Shown here one piece after another: positions 47,978 to 62,029 of a DNA stretch of 64,000 nt. Below the pieces are notes generated by a model that worked only from the letters and a program-made list of their open reading frames with translations, was not told the origin of the DNA and searched no databases. The position numbers and the translations under genes are program-made. The DNA comes from Elsinoe ampelina (Eukaryota). The DNA is taken from NCBI GenBank assembly GCA_010093995.1, contig ML992507.1:1299868-1363867 (forward strand), given 5' to 3'. Positions within the stretch are counted from its first letter, which is position 1. Each line of letters opens with the position of its first letter.

Positions 47978-50900
47978 GCTTTCGGCTAGAGAGCCGAGGG
48001 TTTGCGGGCTAGATGAGAGCGGTTCTTCGTGTTGTGGAGCGTGGGTGTGCTCTGTAGGCGAGGTGCGAGAGTCTCTGGTAGTTCGAGGTCAGTGCACGCT
48101 CGTTTGAAGGACAGCTAGCTCGAGTCTGGAGCGCGACCGTCGGTGATTTGGTAGGCAAAGAGGTCGGGGTACTACCAGAAGACGTCGAGAAATTCTTTGA
48201 CTGAAGGACCTCGAGTTGTCGAGAGCTTGAGGGGCAGAATGACGACGTCCTGGTTTGCGGTCGCTGGAGGGGCTTCTGGGTTGATAAGGTGTCGTCCAAT
48301 CAGACGCCAGCTAAAAGACCTCGAGCTCGGAGAAAAAGCAGACGGCGCCAACACGCAAGAAGATCATGGGGATTGGAGTGGGGGATACGTACTCTCTCTG
48401 ACTGAGGTTGACGATATTGTGGTGTGTGAGTTGGGAGAAGATGGCACTGGACAAGTAGGTGGTAATTCGGGCGCGGTCTCAGGTATTAAGAGAGAAAAAA
48501 GTCCCACGCCCCGTTACCGGTGGAATTCCCCAAGGACAGCCAGGGCCAGCGTGGACCAGCTTGGACCCAGGCAAAGAGGGGATCTCCTGCCTGTCTCCGT
48601 ACCACTGCTCGTCTTCCATACGCCCACGACTCATTTACTCTAGCTAGTCATGAAACGTGCTGTACAGAAATGCTCAAACTTGACACATTACCCTCTACGG
48701 AGTACGAAGCACTTACCGTTGGCTCTTGCAGTCCTGCAATCATCGTACACGTTTATTACTGCTCAGCTACCTACAACGCAGGATCCTCAACCGCGGCAGA
48801 TGTCGGTCACAGCTTGATCAACATGTGTTACGTTGTTGGAGCAGCGAATGAAACGATTCCTAATTCAACAGCCTTGACCGTAGCCCGAGGAGTAGACAAT
48901 GTCTCGCCACCAGAGTGAGTGGCCATTGATAGCCTTGTCTGGCTGCAGGGCGCGCAAATCGCCCAGCGTGCACATGTCAATGCCATCATGGATCCGACTT
49001 GCTTCAGCGCGCGCCAACGGTCCAGGAGCTGGGAAATTTTTCCATTCGACATGCGGATCCTTGCACCTTCTCCACAACCTTGTTTGACTTTACGCAGAGC
49101 TTGCATGGAGATTGCCAATCACCAAGGTCGTGATTGGCTGGACGAATCTCACTAAGATCTGGTGTCCAGATCTCCGGCAGGAAGAAACGGCTCCGGCTGG
49201 GAAAGATCATGTCATTCGTGTTGCAAACGAATGCTCCAAGCCTTATCAGGACCCTTCCACTGGTCGCTGCGCGCCGCTCGTCAAAATGCTCGTGGCCCTA
49301 AGGACTTGACCATGGCTGAAAGACGCGAGCATTCATCCGTGACGGAGAGAACCATCCCGTCTGCATGTTCCATCACAGCTAGCTTTGAGGCTCAAGTCTC
49401 CACGCCTGAGAAGGGGGACTGGAACATGTGGTCCTTCTTGAAGCCCTTCTTGAAGGCAAGATTTGCATCAGATCATTCCAGGTTGACCATGGCACCTCGG
49501 AGGGGCTCTAGAAGGCTGTCTGTCTTTGTCCCTCGAGTGATGTACCATGAAAATTTCTCCAAGCTACACGATGGGTAAAAGCGAGCGAGGGCGTCTCAGC
49601 CGGGCCATTTTCGTGCATGTCCTCCTCCGATGTCGGTGGTTTAAGAACAACCACACTCGATGCCTGGTCAACTGCTGTGGAGAACGGATCGAACTCTCTT
49701 GCTGGTAAGCGACAGGATGTTGCGACGGACACACTCAACAGTAATGTGGACATCGTGATGTCTGCAGCGTGAACTTTCTGACATGTCGCATTGACATTAT
49801 GGCTTCCGGTCAAAGTTGTGTCCTTTCCATGGAGGCCAGCATCTCTCCGACGGCACTCTCGCATCTACAGTGTTTCTCAGCATACAACACTGTGTGGTTC
49901 GCTCTAGAATACTGCCGCACTGGCTCCGCGGATCCATCTGCGTCGTCCGCGCTGATTTATGATCTGACTATGAGGAACAGGGTAAGCAATTGCTCGTCGC
50001 TCGTGCATCCTATCTCGTTTCGTAACGAGCGATTGGTGGTGGACATTGCCGAGTTGTATTGGCTGCATGTCTTGAAGAGAGAAAACGTCATCAAGGGAAA
50101 GGAAAACGATGCATTGATGGCATCAATCAACTTGCCGAAAGCATTTGTATATGATCAAGATACGCTCGCCGCAGTCTCTTCTTGTTTTCACCCCAAGCTC
50201 TTCCTTCTCCTCGATGTGCTGTTGGTATGGGAAGCGAAGTACAACTTGCTACCAGGTCTTGTGAGGAAACATGCTACCGAAGACAATTTGTTTGTGAGGC
50301 GAACTGGTCACTCGGTGCTCTTCGAGCTCCGTGTGCGGAGTCCATGGCGAAGAGCCTTCTCGGTCTGCCTAGGACATTATCAGCTTCCAGAGAGGCCTAA
50401 ACACTTGGAAGGTACGGAACGCACCTTCTCCATGCGGCGCATGTCGCACTACCAGCCCCTGTCAAGCTTTTGGACTTTGGACTTTCTTCTTTTGCAAGCT
50501 GTTGACCGATGAAGGCGAAGCTGGCGATGTGCTCACGCGCAGCGTTGAGTTGTACAATCTTATCAAGCCATGCGGCTGCTGGTAGCAGAGATGACTGTGC
50601 GCGCTGGAGAGGCGTGGTCGGTTTGGCGATAGAAGGGAGGAAGGGGCAACCTGCCCCCAAAATTTCTGGCTTCGATTCTTCAACATAGTTCTTGCACCGG
50701 CATGACATAAAGCATTCTCAGGAACGGCCGAAAAGCCTTCAGGAGAACGAAAGGGTGACCATCGCCAGTGTCAAATGAGCAATACTGTAAAAAATCATGG
50801 CAGCCTTGGTTTGCTGGTAGGGTTTGCTGGCATGAAGAGGGGGCCACTCAATACAACACAAGCACGCAGGTATTCCGGAACATTGCATCGCTGTGCAGGA

Positions 50901-50979
50901 ATCGATGATATGCTGCAGATCACTCCATGCCTCCATGCCAAACCGACGCCAAAATGGCTCAGCCCCATCAGTCTTCATG

Positions 50980-53640
50980 CTACTCCTCATCCTCATCTCT
51001 CAAACCCACCAGTCTCCTCTCGCCTAATTGCAGAATCTTCTCTCCGAGGACATCCCTCCCAAACCTCCCAGCAATCTTGCCAGCGGCCTCCAACATCTTG
51101 CCAGTCCGATCCCTCATCAGGCCAACGATCTCCAACGCCCGCATACCCCTCTCCTCACCTTCTCTGCACTCATGTGCCAGGAGCTGCAGCAGCACCTTGT
51201 CAACGTCCACCTCTCTCCGCGCCACATCCGTCTTCTCCTCTCTACTGACGCGCGTGTTCTGGATATATTCATCCTTGAGTTCGAGAAGCAGGGTCTCGCG
51301 TACGAAACGCTCCTCCAACTTCCGCCTCTCGTCCTCCTCGTTGTCATCAGTCTCCATCTCATCGGTGTTCTTCTGCTTCCTACCCAATGGTACCTCAAAG
51401 TCGAATTCTGACAGCAGTGGCCGGGGGAAGTAGGGATATTTCTCCCCTCCCTTGAGGATAATGCAGTGAAATTTGTCACCGGCCACGGCCACAGGCCAGT
51501 AGGCTTCATCCTTCTTGCCCCCTTGAAGACGCTCGAGTGCGGTCGTATCGAGAAGAGGAACCCACTTCGCTTGACCCATGGACCGCCAATGAAGACATAC
51601 TAGCAGCACACCTGTGCTATCGTAGACACATGGGTCGCCCGATTCTGACCAGAAGACAGATGATAGCTCGGCATCAGACGGCAGCGGGAGTAATGCAGCA
51701 TTTTGATGCGTCTCGTCTCGCTTGACATTGTCGATGGAATAGACAAGAGAGGTAGCTCCGGTAGCAGTCACAGGACCGTTCGAGACTAGCAGAAGATAGT
51801 CCCGCCAGCTCGTCGAAGTGACTGGGAGAGCGGACGTGCGGTAGACACGGAAAGGAACCCCAAAGAGTGTGTATACGCGGACATAGCCAGCGCTTGTTGT
51901 TACTGTGACATAAGAGGAGGACAGAGAAAGTGAAGTGACTTCTTCGCCGGCAGGCAGAGACGTCCGCCAGTCAGTCCGAGCAGTCCATGTCTCATGAGGG
52001 CGGTAGTAAATGAGTGAGCCGTGGCGTGAGGTCGATGGACACGTGAACGCTGCACCTTGGGAAGATAGACAAGCACGGTCGTACAGAAAGGGATCTGTGA
52101 AGTGAAAGTCGCGGTGAAGTGCTCGATCGTAGAACTCGACAGTGATTGTGTGGTGTGTGTCCTGGTCAACAGTCCAAACGAAGCCGGTCAAGTTCAGACA
52201 GAGGTAGCGCCGATTGCCTCGCCACGGTGTGCTGCTGGGTTGGAACGAAGGATGCACTTTCGGCTGCCAAAGGGATTTGGTAGCATAGCGCTTTGCCTGA
52301 GGTCCAGACAGGTAGTCTGCTGTGCGTTTCCCATGTCCATTGACGACCTCGGCATAGCCTGCACCATCGTCGTCGTCGATGAAGTCGTCGCCTCCGGCTT
52401 CAGATTGAGCACCAATGTCGAGAAGATCATCCAGAGAATCCGGTGTCCCGTCACGAGCTCTGTGGCCATTGACCTTGGTTCCGTTCGTTTGTGGTCGCTG
52501 AACATTGTTCGAGATCTCCGAGAGCGCCTCGCCGCGAAGTGGCGCAGCAACCAGAGCCTTCTCGAGAATGGATGCCCGTTCACTGGGCACAAAATCCGTG
52601 TGGATATACAGCTCGCCGTCGTTGTTGGTATATGACACGATGTTATCAACAGGGTGCCATGCAATGGAGAGAACTGGTTCCCGGACGCCCTCGAATTTCT
52701 TGATGATTTCTTGGGTCCTGGTGTCCCAGAGGATCAGAGAGCGATCTTCACCCGCCGAGGCGAGGAGAGCGCCATTGTGAGACCACGCCACTGCCGTGAT
52801 GTCGCCAGCATGACCGGACTGAAACGATTGTTGGTTCTGCCAGTCTTTTGTCGACACTACTTGGACAGCTGCGAGCTTTGTCAGTAATTGTCCAACAAGC
52901 CTTGACTTCCAACTTGCCTCTTGTGACCGTTGGTGCAGCTAGAGCTCTGCCATCTGGATGCCAGATGACGGCGGAGCTTGCTTGAGCTTCAGTCTCAACC
53001 ATCTTAATCAATCCGTCTAGTTTCTTGACCAGCTTTGGCTGTTCACTTGACACGGAATAGACGTAGACAACACCGTCGGTGCACGACACTGCTAGCTGGG
53101 ACCCGCTGTGGTCGAACGCCACATGCTTGACCGGCTTCGCTTGCTCCTTGAGCTGCAGTACTTGGGTCATGTCACGGGTGTTTACCATCTTCACGACCAA
53201 CTCGCTGGCATTCGTCAGTTTTGCTGATTGATGACGTGTTTTCTGAACTTACTCGCTTGCCACAGCAGCCCATAGACCATCTGGTGAGATAGCAACATCT
53301 CGAATTGGTAATGTCGATCTAAGCAGAATCTCGTCGAGAGCATGTGTCTCCAGGGAGTACTTGCAGACGTGACCATCCTCTGACCCAGTAATGAAGAAGT
53401 CGTCTGCAGCCGCTAACGCTGTGTGAGCCTCTTGGGGTACATCGATATTGACTGGCTCAGCATCGGATCCTGTCGTGAAGACTCTGATGACACTGTTGTT
53501 GCCGACCGTGATCAGTTTTCGTCCATTCTTATTGTATGCGGTATAGGTCGGTCCAGGGGCATCTGATAGTCGTCAGTAGTTGTTGCACGTGTTCGCTTCT
53601 GGCACTCACGTGCTGGCCGAGCTCTTATTCTGGATGCCAT
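50980..53640 (-). CDS. CTF4: Ctf4/Mcl1/SepB WD40 replisome and cohesion factor
   Basis: N-terminal WD40 exons (MASRIRARPAH.., TLPIRDVAISPDG); SepB domain FQPSSTPW..RYLCLNLTGFV..HTITVEFYD, YWPVAV, YPYFPRP. Multiple short introns. Confidence 0.92.
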
Positions 53641-53747
53641 GTGCGATGCTTTTCGACCCTCACTCAAAGACTCGGTATCTCAAAATACCAATTGTAGAGA
53701 GACTTGAGGCAATTGTCACATGGAATTGACCTGAGCTTGAAGGAGGG

Positions 53748-53792
53748 GGACGCGACCAGCGCGTAAATTGAAACACGAAGTGCACGCGACTT
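53748..53792. promoter_or_regulatory. Cluster of CGCG (MCB-like) elements in the CTF4/CHZ1 divergent promoter
   Basis: GACGCGAC, GCGCGTAAA and CACGCGAC within ~45 bp. Confidence 0.45.
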
Positions 53793-53991
53793 TTCTCTCG
53801 GCTAGAACAGCCCCTTCTGTGCTCTAGCCTCCAGAGCCATCCTTTACCTTCACTTCACCTTGCACCAATTTTGTTCTTTTCTCACACCACACCAATTGAA
53901 AAGACTTCTCGCTGCTGGTCACTTCGACTCTTGATTCATACTACTAGCTTATCTACTCCGGCATACTTACGACTATCATCCATTTGCAACA

Positions 53992-54402
53992 ATGTCTGCC
54001 GACGACCAAGTCACCTCTGCTGCGCCAGTCGCCGACACCACTCAAGTTGAGACAGAGTCAAAGGGCAAGGGCAAGGCGCCTGCCGCTAGCGAGCCTGTGC
54101 CTGTCGTTGACGACGAGGACGAAGACGAGTCGGAAGAAGACCAGGAAGAGCCTCAAGGTACTTCACTTTCACACAGCGCAACGAACATGCGCAGCTGACG
54201 TTAACTTTCAGAAGCCGAAGACGACGCGGACGAAGACGGAATGGAGGAGATTGATACCGAGAACATCATCTCCGACGGGCGTCGCACCCGCGGCAAGGCC
54301 ATTGACTTCGCCAAAGCGGCTGAAGGGCTCGACGACGAGGACATGGACGACGAGGAGGACGATGATGATTTCGAGGATCCAGATGAGGAGATGCAGGGGT
54401 AG
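53992..54402 (+). CDS. CHZ1: Histone H2A.Z chaperone Chz1-like
   Basis: Acidic protein with CHZ motif EEIDTENIISDGRRTRGKAIDFAKAA. Intron ~54,158-54,211. Confidence 0.88.
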
Positions 54403-54708
54403 AGCTTCGCCTCTTTGACATGAAAGACTTGCGACAATGAAAAGGTGTCGCACTACGTCGCATGACTTCTCAGCGCATAGCGACAGCTCATGGGGACAGA
54501 TTCTGGGATCGGTGAAGCACCTCTAACATCGGGGTTGAATACTGGGTCTGTCAGGCTTCGGAACTGGTGAATGACAAGCATAGGGGAGTTACATGCTATC
54601 ACGGCAGTTCAAGAATGACATAGACCGCATGAATGACGAATCAAAAAGTTATCATGAGAGATGCCCTAATTCACATCACCATCAATCCAGCACCTAGCAT
54701 TGTGGCGT

Positions 54709-56002
54709 TCAATCACTATCCATCAGATCTGCCAGCTCCGCCTCCTCTTCGGCCGTCATCATACCCTCTTTCTTCTCCTCTTCGACAGCCTCGGGCAGAG
54801 GTTTCTCGCGCTCCTCCATCGTCTTTTTCATGTCCTCCGTGTCCAAGCTCCACTGCCTCAGCGTGCCATCCAAGCTGACACTGATCAGCTTCTTGCCTCT
54901 ATCAACCACAGCCAGACCGGTAACTTCGTCAAAGTGGCCAGTGTAGATGCAGATCAGCTTGCCGGAGCTGGCATCCCACACGCGGACCTCTTCGTCGCGA
55001 CAAGCGGTGGCAACAAGCTGTCCTTGCGGTCCAGCCACGACTACGTCTTTCACGAAGTCCGGATGTTCGAGGACTGTGTCTGCTTCCCATCCTCGTGAGC
55101 GGACGAGGTGCTTGGCTGTTTTGTCCAAAGAGGCAGTCCAGAGGTCCGCTTCGTCGTCGTCCGCGGCGTCGGACTCCTCGAAACGTAGTCGATTTACGGA
55201 TGTCTGGTGAGCAGAAATGGGAGGAGCTGACTGTTGTAGCGCTGCTTCCTTGGTCACCGTCCACTGCTTGATGTCCCTCACGCTGTCGGCGCTGAAGAGA
55301 CGTATCTCCTCGTAGCCTGTACTTGAGCGTGGCGAGGTAGGGTCGATGGCAAGGTCAAGTACTCCTCTCACATGTCCTGTCAGAGTGTGTAGCCGTTTGC
55401 CAGTTTCGACCTGCCAGACGATGATCTTCGCATCAGCACTTCCAGTGATGAGTACTGGCTCCCCCTGAATGGTCGCATACGAAAGGCACTTGACAAAGTC
55501 TGTGTGGCCGCCTATGAATCGCTTCCGTAGCTTCCCAGTCGTGACGGACCATGAATGTATCGACTTATCCCAGCACCCAGCAAAGAGAATGGCATCGCCT
55601 TTTGAGGTTCTGCCAAGAGTGATGCTTGTGAGAGGAGCTGTTGGACCCGTGAACGTCTGCGCCACTTTATGTGACTGCTTTTGGTCAGAGTTGAGATAAC
55701 GGCAGCTTGTCATGTGATCAAAGGCAACAAAGGACTGCGCAAGCCTACCTACGTCGAGATCTATTCGTCGCACAGCACCATCGGCACAGGCAACAAAGAC
55801 GCCATCTTCACTGGCAAGCACGCCTAATGACTTTGCCTTTAGATCTATCGGATCACCGGCCTTGTTCTTTGACTTTGCACTTCGTCTCTCATTTGCAGCG
55901 ATAGATTCCCTGATCGAGTCAGAGATTTGTTGTGAATCATTGTGTCAGGCTGTGCACGCACGAGGTCTGGAAGAAGTGATCGCGGTCGCTTGATTGAGCC
56001 AT
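54709..56002 (-). CDS. WD40-repeat protein
   Basis: Repeated GH...WD units (GCWDKSI, GHTDFVK, GHFDEV..SLDGTLRQW), C-terminal MTAEEEAELADLM. Start MAQSSDRDHFFQT with short introns (one at 55,675-55,752). Confidence 0.85.
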
Positions 56003-56315
56003 GACAGATTCAAAACAAGCAGATGCGCAAATCGTTTGTGTGAAGTTATTAAACTTGATGCTCTGCACCGCTCGTTGTGCTTGAAATTGTGCCTGAATAT
56101 CGACGATCAAAGTCTACCTGATTTGTGAAAGAGGCTCACGTCGCACGTGCCCGCTTCCAGGTTCACTCCCCCGCCTCATGACCGAACCGCTCTTGTCATC
56201 CCACCATTCATCCTCCCATCTTCATCTCCTAGGTTCACAACACGCAACGACTCACGCCACAACACCCTCTCAAGCCTTCATCCACGCAACTCCATACCTT
56301 CCAGTCCTCGCCAAC

Positions 56316-56930
<615 letters not shown>

Positions 56931-57490
56931 GCTACGAACGATGCAACACCAGCAAGTCGAAGATATCCGGCTAGTCAAGATCATGTCACGATATGGGTAC
57001 CCAGGGGATAGGGTTGGCGTTTAGGCTCTTTTCAAGCGGCACTGGCATAGTGACCTCGTGAGCTCTGTCTCGAGGGATGACCTAGCAACATGGTGACAAT
57101 CGAGTGGTGGAGTAGGAGCTCAGGAGATAGTCTTCGTATCCTGGTAGACCATCGTCAATCGTTGTGAAGCTCATACTATGAATATTCGGTCGTCCCAGCT
57201 TCTGCCAGAGCACTTCACTTCTTTCCTGTGCTACGCCTCTGTACATCCATGCCATCTATAGCTGCTCCGAGCGCGCGAGTTGGGCTAAACCCTGCCCTCG
57301 AGATGTCGACGAGCGAGCAGACGGTGAGCTCGCAAGCATATAGCCCCACTTTCGTCCGCTTTCGGAAGTATCTTGCAGATCATCGACCATGCTTTCTCGA
57401 AACGACAGCAATTTGCGGACAACAAGCATCCAATTCATCCAGCCCAACGATTCTGCAACCAAGAAATACCAGAGGCCGAGACCAATAACT

Positions 57491-57853
57491 ATGGCATCCG
57501 CTCCTCGCTACACGTACATAATATCACGGTAAGCAATCATTCAACGCCAGCAAAAGTCCTCGTCTCCCGAAGACCTCCCAGGCCAGCTCTCTTGCCCTCA
57601 CAGCAAGTAGTACATTACTCGAATTGCAATACTGACCGCGGACAGTAACCTCGATCCCATCTTCGCCCTCTTCATCGGCCTCTCAGCGGCATATACCCGC
57701 ATCAATCGCGAGCAGACAGAGAAGGGATTCTCCCGGCAAGATACATTGGATCAGCTTCAGCGGAGATTTGATATTGCATTTGGGAGGGATGTGCAGCCTA
57801 GGAGGATAGGGGCAGATGACGGAGGCAAAGCTGTTGACACAAAGGGGACGTGA
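57491..57853 (+). CDS. Small NCE101-like (non-classical export protein 1 family) membrane protein
   Basis: Spliced MASAPRYTYIISR|NLDPIFALFIGLSAAYTRINREQTEKG...; intron 57,529-57,645 (GTAAGC..CTGAC..CAG). Absent from the ORF track. Confidence 0.75.
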
Positions 57854-59239
57854 GCAGACCATGGTTTACCAGGATAAGGGAAGACTATAGGGATATGACC
57901 TTCATCTGGGAGGATGTCCGAAGACGTTAAGGCGGACTCATTATCCTTGATACCATCTTTTGAAGAGCAGGTGCCGCGGGCGATGGTGCACAGCGACAAT
58001 GTGGCAGTCGCTTTGTACCTCGGTCAGCGAAAGCGGTTTGCACTGATGGCAGCCGCGTCAAGGATAGGACCACGCCCATCGCTATGATCATTGCACGCTG
58101 CAGGGCCAAGGCGGGCGGAACAACGACATCGAGAAACCAGGAGACAGTCGAGGGGCACCGGCGATGAGTGTTCTCCATTTAGTCCATCAAAGCCACGCAG
58201 GCCGCACCAAGTGGCCGCTGGTTTGTTTCGTGGGAGAACTCGGTCTGTGGAAGCAGGCAAGGCAACCTTGAAGCAGGCCATGATCTGATGAAGCTCCCGC
58301 TATACAGTCAACACACTGCCTGGAATAAGCTTTCGCGGGCACGGGTGGGCACGAACGGGAGAGAGGCTGTCTGTAGGCTAAACATAACTTGGATAAATGA
58401 TAGGAGAATGTAACATCCACCAATCCTGAACATTATCGTGTTGAAAGCCGTGGTGGGACTGTACAAGCCGCTTGCGAAGCCCATCAAGGGGAGTCGATGC
58501 CACTCGAAGCGTATCTGAATTGCCACTACAAGAATATCAACTCTTCCGTGGAGCGCGTGCAACCTGCTGGGCCCGGTCTGGATTCGCTCCATAATAATGC
58601 CATCATCCATGCTGCAGTCGCAGGCCTGTGTTGCATAGTGTCGGGGACGAATTGCATGGGCGATCGTCGATGGCTGTAGTAGAGAGAACATTGTTTCATT
58701 TCAAGTCGCTGGAGAGATAAATGGAAAAGGGACACTACAAGGGACCGGGCTACAGTAGAAATGGTCCCCATTATGCTTACCCAGCGATGTATGATGCAAA
58801 TTCTTTCCACCGACTTGCAAGATTGACAGCAACATCACACACATTACCAAAAGGAGAGACTATGACTTAGGCATTGTACAAGCGTGCCATGGCTGGTAGG
58901 ATCTCTGCTGTTCTACCAGGTAAAGTCATGAGATTATTGACATGTAGAGGACCATATCGTCCAGAATTCGGGCCGGGCAGCTGAAGATAAGATTAGATCA
59001 GATCAATGGTGGGGCATGAGGGTTGTCGTCGCTCGTGGAAGCGCATGACGTCGGTCTATGCCTCTATGAGCATGGTGTTCAACCTTGCAACAGGGATTGG
59101 AACTCATGAATAGCATGTGGTAGTGAATCAAGGCATTACTGCCAGCAAATTCCGCAACTATGATGAGTAACCTCAAATGAAAGCCGCAGTATTGTGAATA
59201 GAAGAGGCTGGTGCGTGCGAGGTCGTCCTGGTAGCTGGT

Positions 59240-59254
59240 CGAAGGTTCGAGAAG
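59240..59254 (+). promoter_or_regulatory. Heat-shock element (nGAAnnTTCnnGAAn)
   Basis: cGAAggTTCgaGAAg, ~230 bp upstream of the Hsp70 ATG. Confidence 0.75.
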
Positions 59255-59482
59255 AAGGATCGGCGCCATTTTTCACACACCGTCATATGGAATAAAACCA
59301 CAGCACACTCATCCTCTCAAACTTTTCCATCATCAAGAATTCTTCCTCACCTTTTTGCATTTGTTCACCTGCACATTGCACTTTCTACCAGCTCAAATCC
59401 TGTTCAAGTCAATTACGACTGATACACAACTCCGCAACTTCACAACTTCTTCCACTACAGAACCCCTCACTGCACAGTCACC

Positions 59483-61540
59483 ATGGCACCAGCAGTAGGC
59501 ATCGATTTGGGTACCACGTACTCCTGCGTTGGTATTTTCAGGGATGATCGCATAGAGTGAGTATCAGCGAGAGAGGGGCAATGGACATCGCTAACATATT
59601 TCAGGATCATCGCCAATGACCAGGGCAACCGCACCACCCCCTCTTTCGTCGCCTTCACAGACACCGAGCGTCTGATCGGAGATGCTGCAAAGAACCAAGT
59701 CGCCATGAACCCAAACCACACAGTCTTCGACGCAAAGCGTCTCATCGGTCGCAAGTTCGAGGACGCTGAGGTGCAAGCCGATATGAAGCACTTCCCGTTC
59801 AAGGTCATCAACAAGGGCGGCAAGCCAGTCATCCAGGTTGAGTTCAAGGGCGAGAACAAGGATTTCACCCCAGAGGAGATCTCCGCCATGATCCTCACCA
59901 AGATGAGGGAGACTGCAGAATCATACCTCGGCGGCACCGTCAACAACGCAGTGGTTACAGTCCCCGCCTACTTCAACGATTCACAACGCCAGGCCACCAA
60001 GGATGCTGGTCTCATCGCTGGCCTCAATGTCCTCCGTATCATCAACGAGCCCACAGCCGCAGCAATCGCCTACGGTCTTGACAAGAAGACCGAGGGTGAG
60101 CGCAACGTCCTCATCTTCGACTTGGGCGGAGGCACATTCGATGTTTCCCTGCTCACCATTGAGGAGGGTATCTTCGAGGTCAAGTCCACAGCCGGTGACA
60201 CTCACTTGGGTGGCGAGGACTTCGACAACCGCCTCGTCAATCACTTCGTTAGCGAATTCAAAAGAAAGCACAAGAAGGGTATGAGTCCTGACCATCCTGG
60301 TAGTAATTCCGCTAACATCCTACCAGATCTCACCGCCAACTCCCGCGCCCTCCGCCGTCTGCGCACCGCATGCGAGCGCGCCAAGCGTACTCTGTCATCC
60401 TCCGCTCAGACTTCCATCGAGATCGACTCTCTCTACGAGGGCATCGACTTCTACACCTCCATCACCCGCGCCCGTTTTGAAGAGCTCTGCCAGGACCTCT
60501 TCCGTTCCACCATGGAGCCGGTCGAGCGTGTCCTCCGCGACGCCAAGGTCGACAAGTCATCCGTCCACGAGATCGTCCTCGTCGGTGGCTCTACCCGTAT
60601 CCCCCGCATCCAGAAGCTCGTCTCCGATTTCTTCAACGGCAAGGAGCCATGCAAGTCCATCAACCCGGATGAGGCCGTCGCCTACGGTGCCGCTGTCCAG
60701 GCCGCCATCCTTTCCGGTGACCAGTCATCCAAGTCCACCAGCGAGATCCTCCTGCTCGACGTGGCACCGCTCTCCATCGGTATTGAGACCGCTGGTGGTG
60801 TCATGACCCCTCTCATCAAGCGCAACACAACCATCCCCACCAAGAAGTCCGAGACCTTCTCCACCTTCTCCGACAACCAGCCTGGTGTGCTCATCCAAGT
60901 CTATGAGGGTGAGCGTGCTCGCACCAAGGACAACAACCAGCTCGGCAAGTTCGAGCTTACCGGCATCCCACCTGCTCCTCGTGGTGTTCCTCAAATCGAG
61001 GTCACCTTCGACGTCGACGCCAACGGAATCATCAACGTCTCCGCCGTCGAGAAGGGTACCGGCAAGTCCAACAAGATTGTCATCACCAACGACAAGGGCC
61101 GCCTGTCCAAGGAGGAGATCGAGCGCATGCTTGCTGAGGCTGAGAAGTACAAGGAGGAGGATGAGGCCGAGGCTGCCCGTATCTCCGCCAAGAACGGTCT
61201 TGAGTCTTACGCCTACAACCTCAAGAACACCGTCGGCGAGTCTGCTTTCGAGCAGTCCGTCGAGGCTTCCAAGCGCGACTCCCTCAAGGCCGAGATCGAC
61301 AAGGTCATCGCCTGGATCGACGAGAACCAGCAAGCCACCAAGGACGAGTACGAGTCACAGCAGAAGGAGCTCGAGTCGACAGCCAAGCCCATCATCGAGG
61401 AGTTCTACATGAAGCGCCAGGGTGGTGGTGCCGGTGGGATGCCAGGCGGTATGCCCGGTGGTATGCCCGGTGGTGCTCCAGGTGGTGCTGCAGGTGCTGG
61501 TGGTGACGGTGACGGACCTCAGGTCGAGGAGGTCGACTAA
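59483..61540 (+). CDS. HSP70: Cytosolic Hsp70 (SSA type)
   Basis: [33 protein letters not shown] repeats, C-terminal EEVD. Introns ~59,557-59,604 and 60,279-60,326. Confidence 0.98.
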
Positions 61541-62029
61541 GGGTGTGCATTTAGCATATTCACGAAGCAGACACGATCTGTTTTTCTGGCGTTTGGGATT
61601 GCATGACGCTCATAGAACAGGGCGGAAAAGCTTAGCAGTTCTTTGATGATCTAGATAATGCGCCGCTGAGGCGAAATGAAGATATTTCCAAAACCCTTCT
61701 TATCGTGCCTGATGTTAGCCATGACCTCTGCTTTGCCGGTGGTACCTCGAAGCTTTCCTCTGTCCGTTCTGGCGGACTCGTCTCATGCGGAGGTATCTCG
61801 ACTTGCAAATCACGAATGCTTGCGGATGTGCAGGAACTGCGTACCACTGACGAATGTATGGAGCTGAGAATCTATTTGCGTCCTCGTGGGTATCATGTCT
61901 ATCTTTTACTCGTACATAGCCAAACATTCCTCTTGTTCAAATTTATCCTTCTTCTCTGACTGATAAATCTTGCTCATGTGATTCCGTCCACAACCAACCC
62001 AACAGCGACACTCGACCAGTCCCAGACCC

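Noticed and set aside
60279..60326. Apparent 16-aa insertion in Hsp70 ([16 protein letters not shown])
   Set aside because: It is a 48-nt in-frame intron (GTATGA..GCTAAC..CAG); splicing restores KHKKDL.
61420..61510. 12-bp GGTGGTATGCCC-type repeats
   Set aside because: These encode the normal GGMP repeats of cytosolic Hsp70.
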